From: Camelus dromedarius
Lineage: Eukaryota
Direction: 5' to 3'
Length of the DNA: 64,000 nt
Assembly: GCF_036321535.1 (NCBI RefSeq)
Contig: NC_087436.1
Location: 41,418,001-41,482,000 of the forward strand
The position numbers were made by a program, and so were the translations under genes. The notes under the pieces are model-generated. The model was not told the DNA's origin. It was given only the letters and a program-made list of their open reading frames with translations, and ran no database searches. Positions within the stretch are counted from its first letter, which is position 1. Each line of letters begins with the position of its first letter. Shown piece after piece: positions 62,674-64,000 of this stretch.

Positions 62674-63399
62674 TTATTTAGAATTGACATTCTCTGTTGT
62701 AACTTTGCTGTCTTAATATAAATGCTGTCTTTGGGATTACATTCGTAACTTCTGACCAAGAAATGAATGGGAATAATTTCTTATTACTTCCAGTTAGAAA
62801 CACCTATGAAAGTAATCTGATTGGTCTGGCTTACTTTGAGTATGCATTTCCTAACTATGAGTAGATTAAAATAATGTAATTGAAGTTTTTTCAATATTTA
62901 TTTTAAAATTATAATACATTATAATTTATGCATATATGTGTTTCCCAGTTACCATGGAACTCTTTAGAATGTTTGAGGATAACAGTGTAACAATTATTTT
63001 AAGTAGTAGGTTCACAAAAGTCAAGGAGAACTCTAAGAACAATTGGAATATTATGTGATAACTAGTAATAAAATGTAAGAGTGGAGAGGAAAGTTGTGAG
63101 CTGCTATATTAAACATCTGTAACTATATTAAACAAATGAAAATATGGTTAAAGAATATTTAGATATATGAAATGAACTTTCTCAGTGCTCAGACCAAAAC
63201 AAACAAGTTGGGTATTGTGAACATGGACTATGATATATACAAAACAGTGTAAGAGAGATTTCCCGTGTTTGAGGTTCTTGGAGAAATAAGAAACATGTTA
63301 AATTCTCCAGCAATGTAAAATTGTATCTGATTGATTTAAATTAATATCACCATCAATAGGTACATTATGTTATGTTATAATATATTATATTTATTACAT

Positions 63400-63900
63400 T
63401 ATGTGTAAACATTTAGGGGAAGAAAGGTCATGGTTAGTAGGGTGCCCAGCTACATGGAAGATAAGGTCTTTTATTAGGAAATAATAAATTGGCAATAATT
63501 AAATCTGAATACACAATGAGATAAAGCACATTTCCACACACAAAGGCATAAACAACCAATGGTCTTGAATAGACTTCTCATATGAACAAATTATTTACAT
63601 TGGAAAATGAAGAAAAGAAAGGAAAATTTATGATGCAGCCAAATTGAAGGGAGTCTTAGAAACTAAGATATATGTATATGACAGTGCAGAGCTAATAAGT
63701 ATTTTTAACAGAACAATGGAAAAATGAAAGCAGATTAATTAGTAAAGTCCAGGATTGTTGGAAATACTAGAAAATAAGAAGAAGAAAAAAAAAAGGAAAC
63801 TGGAAATGCCAGAATAGATGAGATGGCACTATCTGGCTATACAGTCAGGAGTACACAGACTAGATGAAGAGCAGAGAGTACGGGAAGATAGAGCCATTGT
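63400..63900 (-). mobile_element. L2 fragment
   Basis: Purine-rich antisense L2-like wording (TTTTTAACAGAACAATGG; GGCTATACAGTCAGGAGTACACAGACTAGA). Confidence 0.45.
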
Positions 63901-64000
63901 CAGGAGGTTATTAATTGAGAACTGCTGAGAAAGGGAACAATAAGCACTTAGTTCTGAGAGTTTTATTCTTAAAATCCCTGCCCTCTGTTTAAGACGCTTT

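Noticed and set aside
1..64000. Prokaryotic systems (CRISPR arrays, operons, defence islands), rRNA, NUMT
   Set aside because: The sequence is mammalian and repeat-rich; no repeat-spacer arrays, gene-dense blocks, or rRNA/mitochondrial similarity were seen.

Overview
AT-rich, CpG-depleted mammalian genomic DNA with no CpG island. It is most likely camelid, because two tRNA-derived SINEs match the Vic-1 type. I find no intact host protein-coding gene. Most of the window is transposon debris: L1, L2, MIR, MaLR/ERV1/ERVL-type LTRs, hAT MITEs and microsatellites. The only recognisable protein homologies are a young 5'-truncated L1 (ORF2 C-terminus, 15-bp TSD, 27819-29086, minus), a decayed L1 ORF2 fragment near 39425, and a decayed retrocopy of the alpha-tubulin-like gene TUBAL3 (41984-42381, minus). 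The retrocopy is the most notable item. Introns 1 and 2 are spliced out, but homology stops exactly at the exon 3 end and continues into a donor-like GCATGT, which suggests a semi-processed, intron-3-retaining template. Other leads are three splice-site-bounded candidate exons, a helically phased cluster of five TGTCA motifs, a dispersed 61-bp direct repeat, and several informative L1/LTR insertion structures. I cannot support a genuinely new biological system from this sequence. Repeat family names come from recalled consensus sequences, and boundaries of old repeats are approximate.
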